Shown piece after piece: positions 10,216 through 20,458 of a DNA stretch of 64,000 nt; the first letter of the stretch is position 1, and every line of letters begins with the position of its first letter. The position numbers and the translations under genes are program-made. Source of the DNA: an uncultured archaeon (lineage in GTDB: Archaea > Asgardarchaeota > Thorarchaeia > Thorarchaeales > Thorarchaeaceae); contig CAZSWP010000008.1 of the NCBI GenBank assembly GCA_964610875.1, forward strand, positions 34,724-98,723, read 5' to 3'. The notes under the pieces are model-generated. The model saw only the letters and a list, made by a program, of their open reading frames with translations. It made no database searches and was not told where the DNA came from.

Positions 10216-10258
10216 GTGAGGCTAAACCCTCACATCCTCATTCTCCTACACTTTTTCT
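10216..10258 (+). terminator. Hairpin plus pyrimidine tract after sudA
   Basis: GTGAGG-CTAAAC-CCTCAC stem immediately after the stop, followed by a C/T-rich tract ending TTTTTCT. Confidence 0.5.
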
Positions 10259-10363
10259 AGAAGTATTATATGTCTAAGTTACAACTGTTAAATTGCATCC
10301 CCAATATTTACTATTAATCGATTCTGTGCATTCCACCAGAAATGAATATCGGAGAATTATAGA

Positions 10364-11878
10364 TTGCCCGTATCAGTAGCGTTTCCCGAGATTGATTCTG
10401 ACTCATTGGAATACTTCCTGAAAGTACTCAACTCGTTGAATATACAGGCATATCTCTGTGACTCCGATTTAAGGGTGATAACTGCAAATAGCTTGTTTCT
10501 TTCATCTCCAATCTTGAAATCTGTACAGAGTAGTATCATCGGTTTGAATCTGAGTGAGATATTGAAAGAGTTCGATGAGAGAACTGCTGAGCTAATAAAT
10601 GAGGTATTAACAAAACAGACCCAAAATGTGAGTCAAATGAGAGCACAGGACCAACATTATAATATAACATACGAAGTTGTAAGAAGTCCAATTCAACTTC
10701 AAACAGCAAGTCATGTTCGATTACTGGTAATGACCACGATGCGTGAGATTGACAAACAACGCGTAACCAATCCATTATTGGCACATATCAACAAAGAAGC
10801 GATACATATCATAGACACAATCGATGAAGGTATAGCTTTCATAGATGATAAACATCGTTTGATATATGTGAATGAAGTTTTCCCAAAGATGCTTGGGTAT
10901 ACTCGTGATCAAATGTTGGGAGAGGAGCTTGTCAAGTTCCTATCAGATGCTGAGAAAACAATGGCATTGCAGAGGCTAGAAACTAGAAGGAGTCGGGAGA
11001 TTGAGGAATCCTCTTACAATATGAGCATGATTGATTCAGAGGGGAAAAATCATCTCTTCTTCATTACTGGCAGAGACATATACAATGATCATGGAGTGTT
11101 CATTGGAAGTATCGGTGTGTTTAGAGATCTTGAAATAATTCAGGATGTAGATGAACAGGATAATATCAATACTACTTTGGAACAACTCTATCTCGATATT
11201 CTCTATAAGGACCTCAGTTCCTTTGGCATGTCATTTGAGGATGATGTATTCTCTCTGCTTGAAGATTCAAAAGCCGAGGGGCTCATGTTCAATATTCTCG
11301 AAGCTAGAGAAACCTTAAGTTCTGCGAAAAATCTAGTTTCTGATATTCGACGGATTCAAAAAATCTCTGCTTTCCCACGAAGTAGTGAAGAAAAACACCT
11401 GTATCTTGTTCTTACAAATGCTGTCGAATCTTTGAATGAATGGCCTGAAATTGCATCTAAGGGGCTAAAGGTAGAAATTGATGTACCATCAAATATCTCT
11501 ATTGTAACCCACGGGATGCTCGAGGAGGCTATCCTACAAGTACTCAGATACATCGCATTGAGTATCAGTACAACAGATACTGCCATCTCAATCTCCACGA
11601 CCCGTGATAAAAGTGACAATCCCATTGTTGAATTCCAATCTCCCAGACTCAAATACGTCCCGGATACAGAGGACCCGATTCATTTAGATATTAACAAGGT
11701 GACATCTCTTCGTAGACCAGAACATGGAATGTCTATTGTCATGTTAGCGGCTCTTGCAGCACAGAACAAATGGACTGTTGAGATTGAACACACATCTGAT
11801 AAGTCGTCTGTTATTCGTATCAGCCTTCCATCAATAGTGTACACTGAATCGGACTCTGGGAATGCTATAGACAAATAG
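10364..11878 (+). CDS. PAS-PAS sensor with degenerate histidine-kinase-like C-terminus
   Basis: PAS motifs (IIDTIDEGIAFID..LIYVNEVFPKMLGYTRDQMLG; GVFIGSIGVFRDL). H-box position reads LYLDILYKDL. Degenerate HATPase region. Confidence 0.75.
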   Translation: MPVSVAFPEIDSDSLEYFLKVLNSLNIQAYLCDSDLRVITANSLFLSSPILKSVQSSIIGLNLSEILKEFDERTAELINEVLTKQTQNVSQMRAQDQHYNITYEVVRSPIQLQTASHVRLLVMTTMREIDKQRVTNPLLAHINKEAIHIIDTIDEGIAFIDDKHRLIYVNEVFPKMLGYTRDQMLGEELVKFLSDAEKTMALQRLETRRSREIEESSYNMSMIDSEGKNHLFFITGRDIYNDHGVFIGSIGVFRDLEIIQDVDEQDNINTTLEQLYLDILYKDLSSFGMSFEDDVFSLLEDSKAEGLMFNILEARETLSSAKNLVSDIRRIQKISAFPRSSEEKHLYLVLTNAVESLNEWPEIASKGLKVEIDVPSNISIVTHGMLEEAILQVLRYIALSISTTDTAISISTTRDKSDNPIVEFQSPRLKYVPDTEDPIHLDINKVTSLRRPEHGMSIVMLAALAAQNKWTVEIEHTSDKSSVIRISLPSIVYTESDSGNAIDK

Positions 11879-11936
11879 GAATACGAATTACAAGAGTTCA
11901 TTAGATGGCTCAGTATGATAAGAATATGTGTGACTC

Positions 11937-13454
11937 ATGAATATCCCCGTGATGACTACAACTGATATGCGCGTCGTTGAGTTGAACACTGAATATCTTG
12001 GCATTAGTCTCGGTACTCTAATGCAACAGGCTGGCCGAGAGATTGCTCGTGTTATTTCTGAATCTGTTGATATTTCCGAGAAAAAAATCGCAATCCTTTG
12101 TGGAACTGGAGGTAATGGGGGCGATGGAATGGTCGCAGCCAGATATTTAGCTACACAGAGTGCACAAGTGTATGTATATCTTATCGGTGATGAGAACAGA
12201 ATTTCTAGTTCTGACACCCAGGATAATTGGGATATTCTCCAGAAACTGTGGACTATAGAAGTGGATGTTCTTCGTACAGAATCTGCAATCAAGAAAATGA
12301 AAGAGATCTCCAACTCTGACATTATAGTAGATGGTCTCTTAGGTTTTGGTCTAAGCTCAAATGTCAGAGAACCTGCTGCTACAGCAATCAAAATGATCAA
12401 CAAATCCCAGGCAAAGATATTCTCAATTGATGTTCCTAGTGGCATAAACTCTGATACAGGTGAGAAGATGGGTGTAGCAGTAAAGGCTGATTGTACTATT
12501 ACTCTCCATGTAACAAAGATTGGTTTGGAACAAGCCTCAGAGTATGTTGGAAAGTTGATAGTTGCTCCAATTGGAATTCCCGACGAAGCATCAATTATCT
12601 GTGGAAAAGGAGACATCTGGTTGTTCAATCGTCCAAGGAAGAACAGCTCACATAAGGGTGATTTCGGGCGAGTCTTAGTCGTTGGAGGTAGTAATGTATT
12701 CTCAGGTGCTCCTGCTTTGTCCGGAATGGCTTCCTTGAGGGCTGGTGCTGATTTGGTTTCTCTAGCGGTCCCGAATCCCGTACTCACCCCAGTCCGTTCA
12801 TATAGCCCAAATCTCATGGTTGCTAGTCTTGACTGCGATTTTCTTCATTCCTCTGTGATTGAAGATATCCTCCTCATGGTGGAAGATGTTGATGTCGTAG
12901 CAATTGGTCCTGGACTAGGTCGTGAACCTGATACAGAGGATGCAGTACAGACTCTATTGAACAATCTCTCGGAAACTGAGAAGAGAATCGTGATTGATGC
13001 AGATGCTCTGAAGGCGATTGCTGGCTCTGGAATTACGTTCGATGAGAGCAGGGTTATTCTTACTCCGCATTGGGGCGAGCTTCATGCATTATTGCAGCAG
13101 AAACCAACCGACGCTATAGATGATGAAAGAATTCATCTTTCTTTAGAAGCTGCAAAGATGTATAATGCAACGGTTCTCCTAAAGGGTGCAAAGGACATGA
13201 TTGTACAACCCAATGGTCGCTACAAGGTAAATCGTACTGGGGTTCCTGCAATGACAGTTGGTGGAACGGGTGACGTTCTAACGGGAATCGCTGCTACCTT
13301 TCTAACAAGGAATTATGGGGCACTCTATGCAGCTTCGGCAGCAGCTTTTGTTTCAGGACTTGCGGGTGAGTATGCCTTCGAGAAATTCGGAAATCACATC
13401 ACAGCAACAGATTGTATAGAGTGCATCCCAAAAGTGATGAATACGTTCTCTTAA
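11937..13454 (+). CDS. nnr: Bifunctional NAD(P)H-hydrate epimerase/dehydratase
   Basis: GTGGNGGDG, DGLLGFG, SIDVPSG, SHKGDFG, IGPGLG, DADAL, LTPHWGE, GGTGDVLTG. Confidence 0.95.
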   Translation: MNIPVMTTTDMRVVELNTEYLGISLGTLMQQAGREIARVISESVDISEKKIAILCGTGGNGGDGMVAARYLATQSAQVYVYLIGDENRISSSDTQDNWDILQKLWTIEVDVLRTESAIKKMKEISNSDIIVDGLLGFGLSSNVREPAATAIKMINKSQAKIFSIDVPSGINSDTGEKMGVAVKADCTITLHVTKIGLEQASEYVGKLIVAPIGIPDEASIICGKGDIWLFNRPRKNSSHKGDFGRVLVVGGSNVFSGAPALSGMASLRAGADLVSLAVPNPVLTPVRSYSPNLMVASLDCDFLHSSVIEDILLMVEDVDVVAIGPGLGREPDTEDAVQTLLNNLSETEKRIVIDADALKAIAGSGITFDESRVILTPHWGELHALLQQKPTDAIDDERIHLSLEAAKMYNATVLLKGAKDMIVQPNGRYKVNRTGVPAMTVGGTGDVLTGIAATFLTRNYGALYAASAAAFVSGLAGEYAFEKFGNHITATDCIECIPKVMNTFS

Positions 13455-14428
13455 CCTATCACAGGCATTACGTCAAGATAACTTTGAGCTAACTGTTTAT
13501 TCTCATCATTTACTGGAACCCAAACAATTCCTTCATCGGGCTGTCCATAGAGCATTACTGCACCTTCTTCAGCTAACATTACTGCAGGGAATCCCATGAG
13601 ATCTTCTTCTCCTTCTACAAGAATCAATGATTTCTTTCCATCTTTAATTGCTGTATCCATAACTGACCATGCTTCAGGATAGATTGCAGCTGCAGGATTG
13701 TAAATTATATATTGAATCTCCGAATCAACATCTAGATCAAATTCTCCTCTTTTTGTGATTCTGTCTGCAACCATTACATCTGGCGTGAATCCTGCTTTCT
13801 GGATTGTGTCACTTGTCACATCACCCACTGTAATGACTATGCTTGGTTTATCATTCTCAATCCTAGCTACAACTGCTTCTTCGGGACTTCCTTCTGTCAC
13901 TCTGTAGATGTTTCCTTTTGGTGCTTTTAGTCCATCTCTTGATGTTTTAGGCAATCTTCTTGCCTTCTGACCAGTACCCTCAAGTGGTCTTCCATTCCTA
14001 TCGATTTCTCCCTGGCGTATTCTTGCAGATGACAAATGCTCCCCATCCAGTGCTCGAACAGGTTTCATTCTATCAAATGAATCTCCCCTACCTTTCCTTG
14101 TTTCTAATGCGCGTTCTGAAATTTCTTGACAACAATGTCCATCGAACATTACAAACCTTATCGATCTCTCTAACGCACGTAACTCATCATATTTTGTGAC
14201 TCGTATCACAGGTAAATTATATCCCAATTCTAACGAATCGACATAAATCTCTAAGTTTTTCACTCGTAGGTCGAGAGGTTGTATTAGCTGTACGAGTTGT
14301 GTATCATCAGGTATCAGTTCATTATCGATAACGCCTGCAGTGGGATTTGGATGGAGCATTAGACTGTCAAGTAGTATTTGATGTCCATAATGCAAGCGGT
14401 CGAATAAGTTCAAGGCAATAGTCCGCAT
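13451..14428 (-). CDS. coaD: Fused phosphopantetheine adenylyltransferase (archaeal CoaD) + GTP-dependent dephospho-CoA kinase (DUF359)
   Basis: FDRLHYGH and DGEHLSSARIRQGEID (CoaD), then VGDVT, NPAAAI, VEGEEDL, LYGQPDEG (DUF359). Confidence 0.85.
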   Translation of the reverse strand: MRTIALNLFDRLHYGHQILLDSLMLHPNPTAGVIDNELIPDDTQLVQLIQPLDLRVKNLEIYVDSLELGYNLPVIRVTKYDELRALERSIRFVMFDGHCCQEISERALETRKGRGDSFDRMKPVRALDGEHLSSARIRQGEIDRNGRPLEGTGQKARRLPKTSRDGLKAPKGNIYRVTEGSPEEAVVARIENDKPSIVITVGDVTSDTIQKAGFTPDVMVADRITKRGEFDLDVDSEIQYIIYNPAAAIYPEAWSVMDTAIKDGKKSLILVEGEEDLMGFPAVMLAEEGAVMLYGQPDEGIVWVPVNDENKQLAQSYLDVMPVIG

Positions 14429-14514
14429 GTCCTAAACCCAAGAAGGAAGAACTACCTGATAGGTTTAATATCTATGCTTCCTGCTAAGAAGGCAGTACTC
14501 AGTGAGCAGAAAAT

Positions 14515-15201
14515 ATGAAGCTACTAGCAGTTGCAGACGTACATTTCCCGCGCTTTGAGAAAGAGTTCAGAGAAGCGCTCTCTCAAGTGTCACCTCCAGA
14601 CCTCTTCCTTTTTGCTGGTGATATGATAAATAGAGGTGCTGCAGAAGAGTACCCTCGTGTCATTGATACTGTAATCAAGTATCTTGGAGATGACTTTCCT
14701 ATAATTGGTTGTTATGGAAATGAGGAGTATACAGAGATTAGGAAGGACATCTGCAATTTAGTAAAAGGTCGAATTTCACTCCTTGATGAAAAGAGCAAGA
14801 TTTTCAAAATTGATGATAGAAGAGTTGGTATTGTTGGAACACAGGGTTCTCTTGATAAACCAACAATATGGCAAAGAAGAAACGTACCTCACATAAAGGA
14901 TACATTTGCCAGAAGAGCTGACAGGGCAACATCTCTGCTCAAACGGATACGGAAAGCTGACATTCGAATCCTTCTGATGCATTACAGTCCTTGTATTGAA
15001 ACCTGTGAAGGTGAGGATGAAAGGTCTTTTGCTTGGTTAGGAAGCAGGAAATTCTACTCTGTAATCCACACAATACAACCAGAACTAGTACTACATGGGC
15101 ATGTACATAATGCAACAGTTCATGAAGCTAAGATAGGTGCGACGCTTGTAAGAAACGTCGCCCTACCAGCTGTTGGAAAAATAACTGAGCTCGAATTCTA
15201 G
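14515..15201 (+). CDS. Calcineurin-like metallophosphoesterase
   Basis: ADVH, AGDM, GNEE, MHYSP, HGHVH. Confidence 0.9.
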   Translation: MKLLAVADVHFPRFEKEFREALSQVSPPDLFLFAGDMINRGAAEEYPRVIDTVIKYLGDDFPIIGCYGNEEYTEIRKDICNLVKGRISLLDEKSKIFKIDDRRVGIVGTQGSLDKPTIWQRRNVPHIKDTFARRADRATSLLKRIRKADIRILLMHYSPCIETCEGEDERSFAWLGSRKFYSVIHTIQPELVLHGHVHNATVHEAKIGATLVRNVALPAVGKITELEF

Positions 15202-15620
15202 CTATGACCGGTTACTTTCATTGTTGGTTCAAACTTGTATCCATAGACGATTATTCCCGAATCTCCGTGTTCTGTGATTTTTCTGAAACAAGCACGGACT
15301 CTCATGCCTATTTCTACATCGTCTGTGTCTACGTTAACGATCTGGGCGGTTAATCTTGGCCCTTCATCAAGTTCTACTTGTGCTACAACATAAGGCATCT
15401 GTCGCTTGAAATTCTCCGGTGCTTGTCTGACAACTGCGAAGCTGTAGATTTTTCCAAGCCCTTTGAACTTATACTCCTCTAGTACTCCCTTCCGTCTGCA
15501 TTTTGTACAGACTGGTCTGGGTGGGAAGAAATAGGTATTGCAGGTCTTACAGTGATTACCTTGGATGTTGTATATCTCTCTAATGCGTCTCCAAACTTGT
15601 GCTACTCCTTGTTCTGCCAT
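15198..15620 (-). CDS. DUF35 Zn-ribbon/OB-fold scaffold of the thiolase-HMG-CoA synthase complex
   Basis: CKTC..FFPPRPVCTKC, PYVVAQVELDEG, GIIVYGYKF. Third gene of the canonical archaeal cluster. Confidence 0.92.
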   Translation of the reverse strand: MAEQGVAQVWRRIREIYNIQGNHCKTCNTYFFPPRPVCTKCRRKGVLEEYKFKGLGKIYSFAVVRQAPENFKRQMPYVVAQVELDEGPRLTAQIVNVDTDDVEIGMRVRACFRKITEHGDSGIIVYGYKFEPTMKVTGHS

Positions 15621-15625
15621 TCAAA

Positions 15626-16792
15626 TCACCTTCCTAAAACATGTACTATTGATGTTGCACCTGTTCCACCAATATTCACTGCAATCCCCTTCTCTGCTCC
15701 ATCTACTTGTCTACCATCAGCGTCACCTCTTAGCTGAAGGGCAAGCTCTACTATCTGAGCTACTCCTGTAGCTCCAATGGGGTGTCCTCGGGCTTTCAAT
15801 CCTCCGGACGTATTGACCGGATACTTCCCTCCAATCTCAGTTATGCCCTCCTGTACAGCATTTCCACCCTCTCCTTTCTTCACAATGCCAACATCCTCTG
15901 TGAGCATAATTTCGCTTATAGTAAAGCTATCGTGTAGTTCAAAGACATCGATATCCTTGAGTTCAGCATCAGCTTCCTTCAGTGCTAATCTAGAGGAGTG
16001 AATAACTGAGTCCATCTTGGTGATGTCTTCCCTGTCATGAAGTGCGAGTGTGTCGCTTGCTTGAGTTGACGATTCAATATATATCGGAGTATCAGTGAAA
16101 TTCTTTGCTATCTCTGCTTTACACATAATGAGGCCCGCTGCACCATCACTTATCGGTGATGAGTGCAAAATTCGGATAGGATCCGCAATTAGACCTGATC
16201 CCATAACTACCTTTAATGGCACTGCTCTCTGGAACTGTGCCCAAGGATTATGTGCTGCATTTGCATGGTTTTTAACTGTGACCAGACTCATCTGTTCGTC
16301 AGTTGTTCCATATTGCATCATGTGTCTTCTTGCCATGAATGCATAAAGGGCTGGAAATGTAGCCCCAAACATACCTTCATTCTCCCAATCGCTTGCAACA
16401 CTGATTGTGTTCATGGCCTCAGTCTGATTGACATCACTCATCTTCTCACAACCTAAGACGAGCATTAGGTCATGTTCACCAGCTTTTATTGCCATGTATG
16501 CCTGACGAACAGCAGCTCCTCCACTTGCACAAGCTGCTTCTACACTGTACGCAGGAATATTACCTAGACCACTCATGTCTGAAGCCAATGCACCAAGATG
16601 CTCTTGTCCTGTGAATCGTCCTGCGCTCATATTACCTACAACAATACCATCAATGTCTTCCCCACTTACATTAGAGTCAAAGATTGATAGCATCCCTGCT
16701 TCAAGTGTGATGTCAATGAGGCTTCTATCCCATAATTCTCCGAATTGGCTCATTCCAACTCCGACTATTGCGACTTGTCTTCCCATCTTCAT
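15626..16792 (-). CDS. acaB: Acetoacetyl-CoA thiolase (archaeal type)
   Basis: EAACASGG, SPISDGAA, ELHDSF, NTSGGLKARGHPIGATG. Confidence 0.93.
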   Translation of the reverse strand: MKMGRQVAIVGVGMSQFGELWDRSLIDITLEAGMLSIFDSNVSGEDIDGIVVGNMSAGRFTGQEHLGALASDMSGLGNIPAYSVEAACASGGAAVRQAYMAIKAGEHDLMLVLGCEKMSDVNQTEAMNTISVASDWENEGMFGATFPALYAFMARRHMMQYGTTDEQMSLVTVKNHANAAHNPWAQFQRAVPLKVVMGSGLIADPIRILHSSPISDGAAGLIMCKAEIAKNFTDTPIYIESSTQASDTLALHDREDITKMDSVIHSSRLALKEADAELKDIDVFELHDSFTISEIMLTEDVGIVKKGEGGNAVQEGITEIGGKYPVNTSGGLKARGHPIGATGVAQIVELALQLRGDADGRQVDGAEKGIAVNIGGTGATSIVHVLGR

Positions 16793-16797
16793 ACCTC

Positions 16798-17841
16798 CTA
16801 TCCTAGGGCCTTTATCTTGCGTCTATATTTGGCATAGACTGCATAGCTTACGTATGTCTTCCTCTCAATGAAATCATCGACTGTTGGTACTTCTCCTCGA
16901 TGATTCTCAATTTCATCCTCAACTGTAATGGCAAAACCATCACTACCTGCACCAGATCCATATGATACGCAGAATATCCTGTCTCCCGGTTTGGCTATAT
17001 CAAGAATCCGTGCAAGACCCATCATTGCTGACCCTGAGTAGGTATTACCAATGTGTCTTACAACAAGACTATCCTCAAGCTTTTCTGCAGGCACCCCAAG
17101 TTGTTTGCCCATGGCTATTGGAAACTTACCATTGGGCATATGAAATACATAATAGTCCCAGTCATCAATATCTGTGTTTGTCTTCTTTAGTAGAAGTTTG
17201 GAACAATCTCCAACATGCCTGAAGTAGGCTGGTTCCCCAGTAAATCGTGCTCCATGACTTGGGAAGTCTTCTCCTTCTCTCCTCCAAAAGTCTGGAGTAT
17301 CTGTTGTGATAGATACGGTGGTTTCTATGGTGGCTACAGGGTGCTTCTCGCCAATGAGGAATGCTGCACCACCAGCGGCGGCTGAATATTCCAAGGCATC
17401 ACCAGGTCTTCCCTGCGCTGTGTCTGACCCAATAGCTAGTCCCACTTCTATCATTTTAGAACTCACAAGCCCCATGTTTGTCTGAATCGCAGCAGTTCCT
17501 GCTTTGCATGCGAATTCAAAGTCTGCACAGGTAATCTCCGTTGTGCAGCCTATTGCTTCAGCTACAATTGTCCCTGTGGGCTTCACAGCATAAGGATGTG
17601 ATTCCGACCCTACATATATAGCTCCGATTGTCTTTGGATCAATGTTTGCATGTTTTACTGCGTTTCGAGCTGCTTCAACTGAGATTGTGGCGACGTCTTC
17701 ATCAGGTCCTGGGACAGATTTCTCAAAAACACCCAGACCCTTAGCGAGTTTTTCGCCATCTTCGCCCCAAACGCTAGCGATTTCTTCGGTCTTTATTCGA
17801 TATCGCGGTACGTATACGCCATAACCAATTATTCCAACCAT
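16798..17841 (-). CDS. mvaS: Hydroxymethylglutaryl-CoA synthase (archaeal)
   Basis: [43 protein letters not shown]. Confidence 0.95.
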   Translation of the reverse strand: MVGIIGYGVYVPRYRIKTEEIASVWGEDGEKLAKGLGVFEKSVPGPDEDVATISVEAARNAVKHANIDPKTIGAIYVGSESHPYAVKPTGTIVAEAIGCTTEITCADFEFACKAGTAAIQTNMGLVSSKMIEVGLAIGSDTAQGRPGDALEYSAAAGGAAFLIGEKHPVATIETTVSITTDTPDFWRREGEDFPSHGARFTGEPAYFRHVGDCSKLLLKKTNTDIDDWDYYVFHMPNGKFPIAMGKQLGVPAEKLEDSLVVRHIGNTYSGSAMMGLARILDIAKPGDRIFCVSYGSGAGSDGFAITVEDEIENHRGEVPTVDDFIERKTYVSYAVYAKYRRKIKALG

Positions 17842-18162
17842 GTAGGTTCTCTCCTCGACGGCGGTTCGGTGAATGCCGAAGCGTTTTACGTCATCTTTCT
17901 ATCGCTGCGGCTTGAGCCCTTTATAGAGCTTGTTGTTTCGCCAGTTTCTCCCTTACGTCTATCACCGATTTGCGGTACGAGTATATGTCGATGTCGACGA
18001 TAGTCTATTTTGTTGCTCTAGTATTTATGATTAGTGACGTGACACAATTCTAAAACTGTCGAATTCACTGGAATTCACGTCGTTTTTATTAGAACTTCTC
18101 TTTAATGTCCAGCAGAACAACTCTTTAAGGGAAATGTGTTATAGATTACGCAGGTAACTCAG

Positions 18163-18357
18163 ATGTCAATACCATTAAGTCGCTCTCGAGTACGAGAGAT
18201 AATTCTCACAGAAAGGAAAACAGTTGCTCAGCTATTGAGTGAGTTAGGCTTATCTGAGGAACACGTTGTATTAGTAAATGGTCAGCGTCAAGAACTTGAT
18301 GTCCTTCTCGATGAGAATGACTCTGTGATTGTCTTACCCCTCATTGCGGGAGGATAA
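18163..18357 (+). CDS. ThiS/MoaD/SAMP ubiquitin-like protein
   Basis: 64 aa, VVLVNG, C-terminal LPLIAGG. Confidence 0.85.
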   Translation: MSIPLSRSRVREIILTERKTVAQLLSELGLSEEHVVLVNGQRQELDVLLDENDSVIVLPLIAGG

Positions 18358-19863
18358 TACTCCTTTCTTATACCTCAAGACCTCATCTAGGTTTACTTGA
18401 TCTGAATCTAACCTGTTTCCATATGCAGGAATCCCTAATTCTGTTGCGAGTGTATTTATGATGGCCTGAGATACCTCCCTAGTTTTTCTCAAACTCAGGC
18501 CTTGGCTGCTATATCCGTATCTAGCTAGAACTCTGAGTAGCACTGATTTTGAACCACTACTATACTGTGTAGCACTCTTTGGTTGTAGAGATAGATTATC
18601 TGGTAACCCAAGTCTCTTAGCTAGTTCAACAAAGATCACTTTTCTCTCGGGATTATTATTAGGCATTACTTTCCATTGTGGTGGTAGTGAAGCTGCTCGT
18701 TCGATGAGATTTCGGTAAATGTAAGGGAAGAAGGGAGCTATTCCATGGTGCGAGATTACATGATGGTCTCTAGCAATATTTGCTTCATGTGTTATGCGTA
18801 GCTCACCAAGTAGTTCCTTATGTAATGCCTCTGGTCCACTTTTAGAGAAGATACTCACATGTCTCGCATATCCTGCAAAGAGTTCATCCGGACCCTGTCC
18901 AGACAGCATTACTTCAATACCTAATTCTCGAGCCCTTTTTGCTGCGTAGAAAAACGGGATTCCAATCTCCAAGTCCATGATTCGCGAAATCTCGAGTGAA
19001 AAGAGTATTTCAGGTATATCTCGCCAAAGTTTCTCTTCTTCAATCATGATATCTTCAAGAGGAAGTCCGAGAAGATTTGCTCCTTGATGAACTAATTCAA
19101 GGTCTCTCGCATTTTTTGCATTAGCAGAGAATAGAATAACTTCATTCACAAAGCTTGATGCTAGATGTGCAACTAGCGAACTATCAACTCCTCCCGAGAA
19201 GAGAACTCCCACTCTCTTAACTCCTTTGAGATGACTGAAAGTAGTGAGCAAATGCTGTTCGAGTTCTTCTAATGCCCTATCTTTGAGTACCATGTTGTCG
19301 ATTCCATCTAGAATATCATCTACTTGGTTAGTTTCACTTTTATTGTTCGCTCTTAACCGAGTTATTGATCCCGGCATAACCGGCTGAGGGTCTAATCCCA
19401 TTTTCCAGAAGGGTTTCTTTTCTGTCCCAAACCATATGCCATCTGCTAACGAATAATACAATGGATTCTGACCATCAATAGACCTGACTAGATGCACTCC
19501 ATCTTTGTCATACACTATAGCACTTAGGAAATGATTGGCGATTAACCACTGTGTTAGATTGTTTCCCTGCTCTAGTAATTCTGAAACACCTTTACTATAA
19601 TCACTTTGAATACTAGGAATATTTTCTGGAATACTCACGATAACAGCAGAATTATCGCTTACCTCATGTACTGGATATTCGTTGTTCCATGCGATGATGG
19701 CTGTGAACTTCAGTGGTATTTCGTCGTGAAGAAGTACGATTTCCTTGGTAAAATCAAATTGGTACGAAATGGTTGATGTGAGGTCTCTTATTTGCTCTAG
19801 GATGTGATCACTGTCTTTCTCTCCAACATAGCCGATAATTGCTACCATTGCAAATTCAGTCAA
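18334..19863 (-). CDS. asnB: Asparagine synthetase family protein (degenerate N-terminal Ntn domain)
   Basis: FSGGVDSS, LSGQGPDELFAGY, PKSATQYSSG. No N-terminal catalytic Cys seen. Confidence 0.8.
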   Translation of the reverse strand: MTEFAMVAIIGYVGEKDSDHILEQIRDLTSTISYQFDFTKEIVLLHDEIPLKFTAIIAWNNEYPVHEVSDNSAVIVSIPENIPSIQSDYSKGVSELLEQGNNLTQWLIANHFLSAIVYDKDGVHLVRSIDGQNPLYYSLADGIWFGTEKKPFWKMGLDPQPVMPGSITRLRANNKSETNQVDDILDGIDNMVLKDRALEELEQHLLTTFSHLKGVKRVGVLFSGGVDSSLVAHLASSFVNEVILFSANAKNARDLELVHQGANLLGLPLEDIMIEEEKLWRDIPEILFSLEISRIMDLEIGIPFFYAAKRARELGIEVMLSGQGPDELFAGYARHVSIFSKSGPEALHKELLGELRITHEANIARDHHVISHHGIAPFFPYIYRNLIERAASLPPQWKVMPNNNPERKVIFVELAKRLGLPDNLSLQPKSATQYSSGSKSVLLRVLARYGYSSQGLSLRKTREVSQAIINTLATELGIPAYGNRLDSDQVNLDEVLRYKKGVLSSRNEG

Positions 19864-19940
19864 TTGATTATTTGTTCCCGATTTGAATCAACGGAGAATA
19901 TTCTCTACTATCCACCTGAATGTAAAGATGATTCTATTCA

Positions 19941-20357
19941 TCAAGCAATTGGGACTTGTACCAACTGTACATTTTGTACCCCTGTGATATTCTCAAGCAT
20001 CTTATTCAATTCGTCTACAGAATTCTTAAGTTGCTGAGGAGTGAAATAGCATTCGTAGTAACACTGTTTTTCGGCTTGACATATACCGCTAGTAAACAGA
20101 ATATCTTCAAGTCCAGTTCTTTCGAAGATAGATGTGAGTTCTTCTAAGAAGCTCTTACTGAGTTTTTCAATCTCTAATCTCAGGTAGTAGACCTCATCGG
20201 TGTCAACAGGATAGATCTTCACATTCTTGTCCTTCAAGACCATTATAGCCAATCCAAAAGACTGATTGATACTTGTCAGGAATGTTGCTGGGAGTGTGAT
20301 TGAACTTCCTTCAACTATTTTCAAAACATGTGCTCGTGTCATCTCTGATTTGTCCAA
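19941..20357 (-). CDS. Putative AbrB-like/ACT-like regulator with Cys cluster
   Basis: N-terminal KIVEGSSITLP (AbrB-like), C-terminal ACT-like pattern ending LENITGVQNV, and TSGICQAEKQCYYECY. Confidence 0.55.
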   Translation of the reverse strand: MDKSEMTRAHVLKIVEGSSITLPATFLTSINQSFGLAIMVLKDKNVKIYPVDTDEVYYLRLEIEKLSKSFLEELTSIFERTGLEDILFTSGICQAEKQCYYECYFTPQQLKNSVDELNKMLENITGVQNVQLVQVPIA

Positions 20358-20458
20358 AGCGCTGTCCTCCAGTACGGGAACACAATTAGCAGGATGTGCT
20401 GGTAATTATATCTCTTGCGGGAAAATCAACTTTTGTATAAATACACCTTGGAATGATA

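Noticed and set aside
11888-12817. 309-aa - strand ORF
   Set aside because: Antisense to nnr, with no recognisable motifs.
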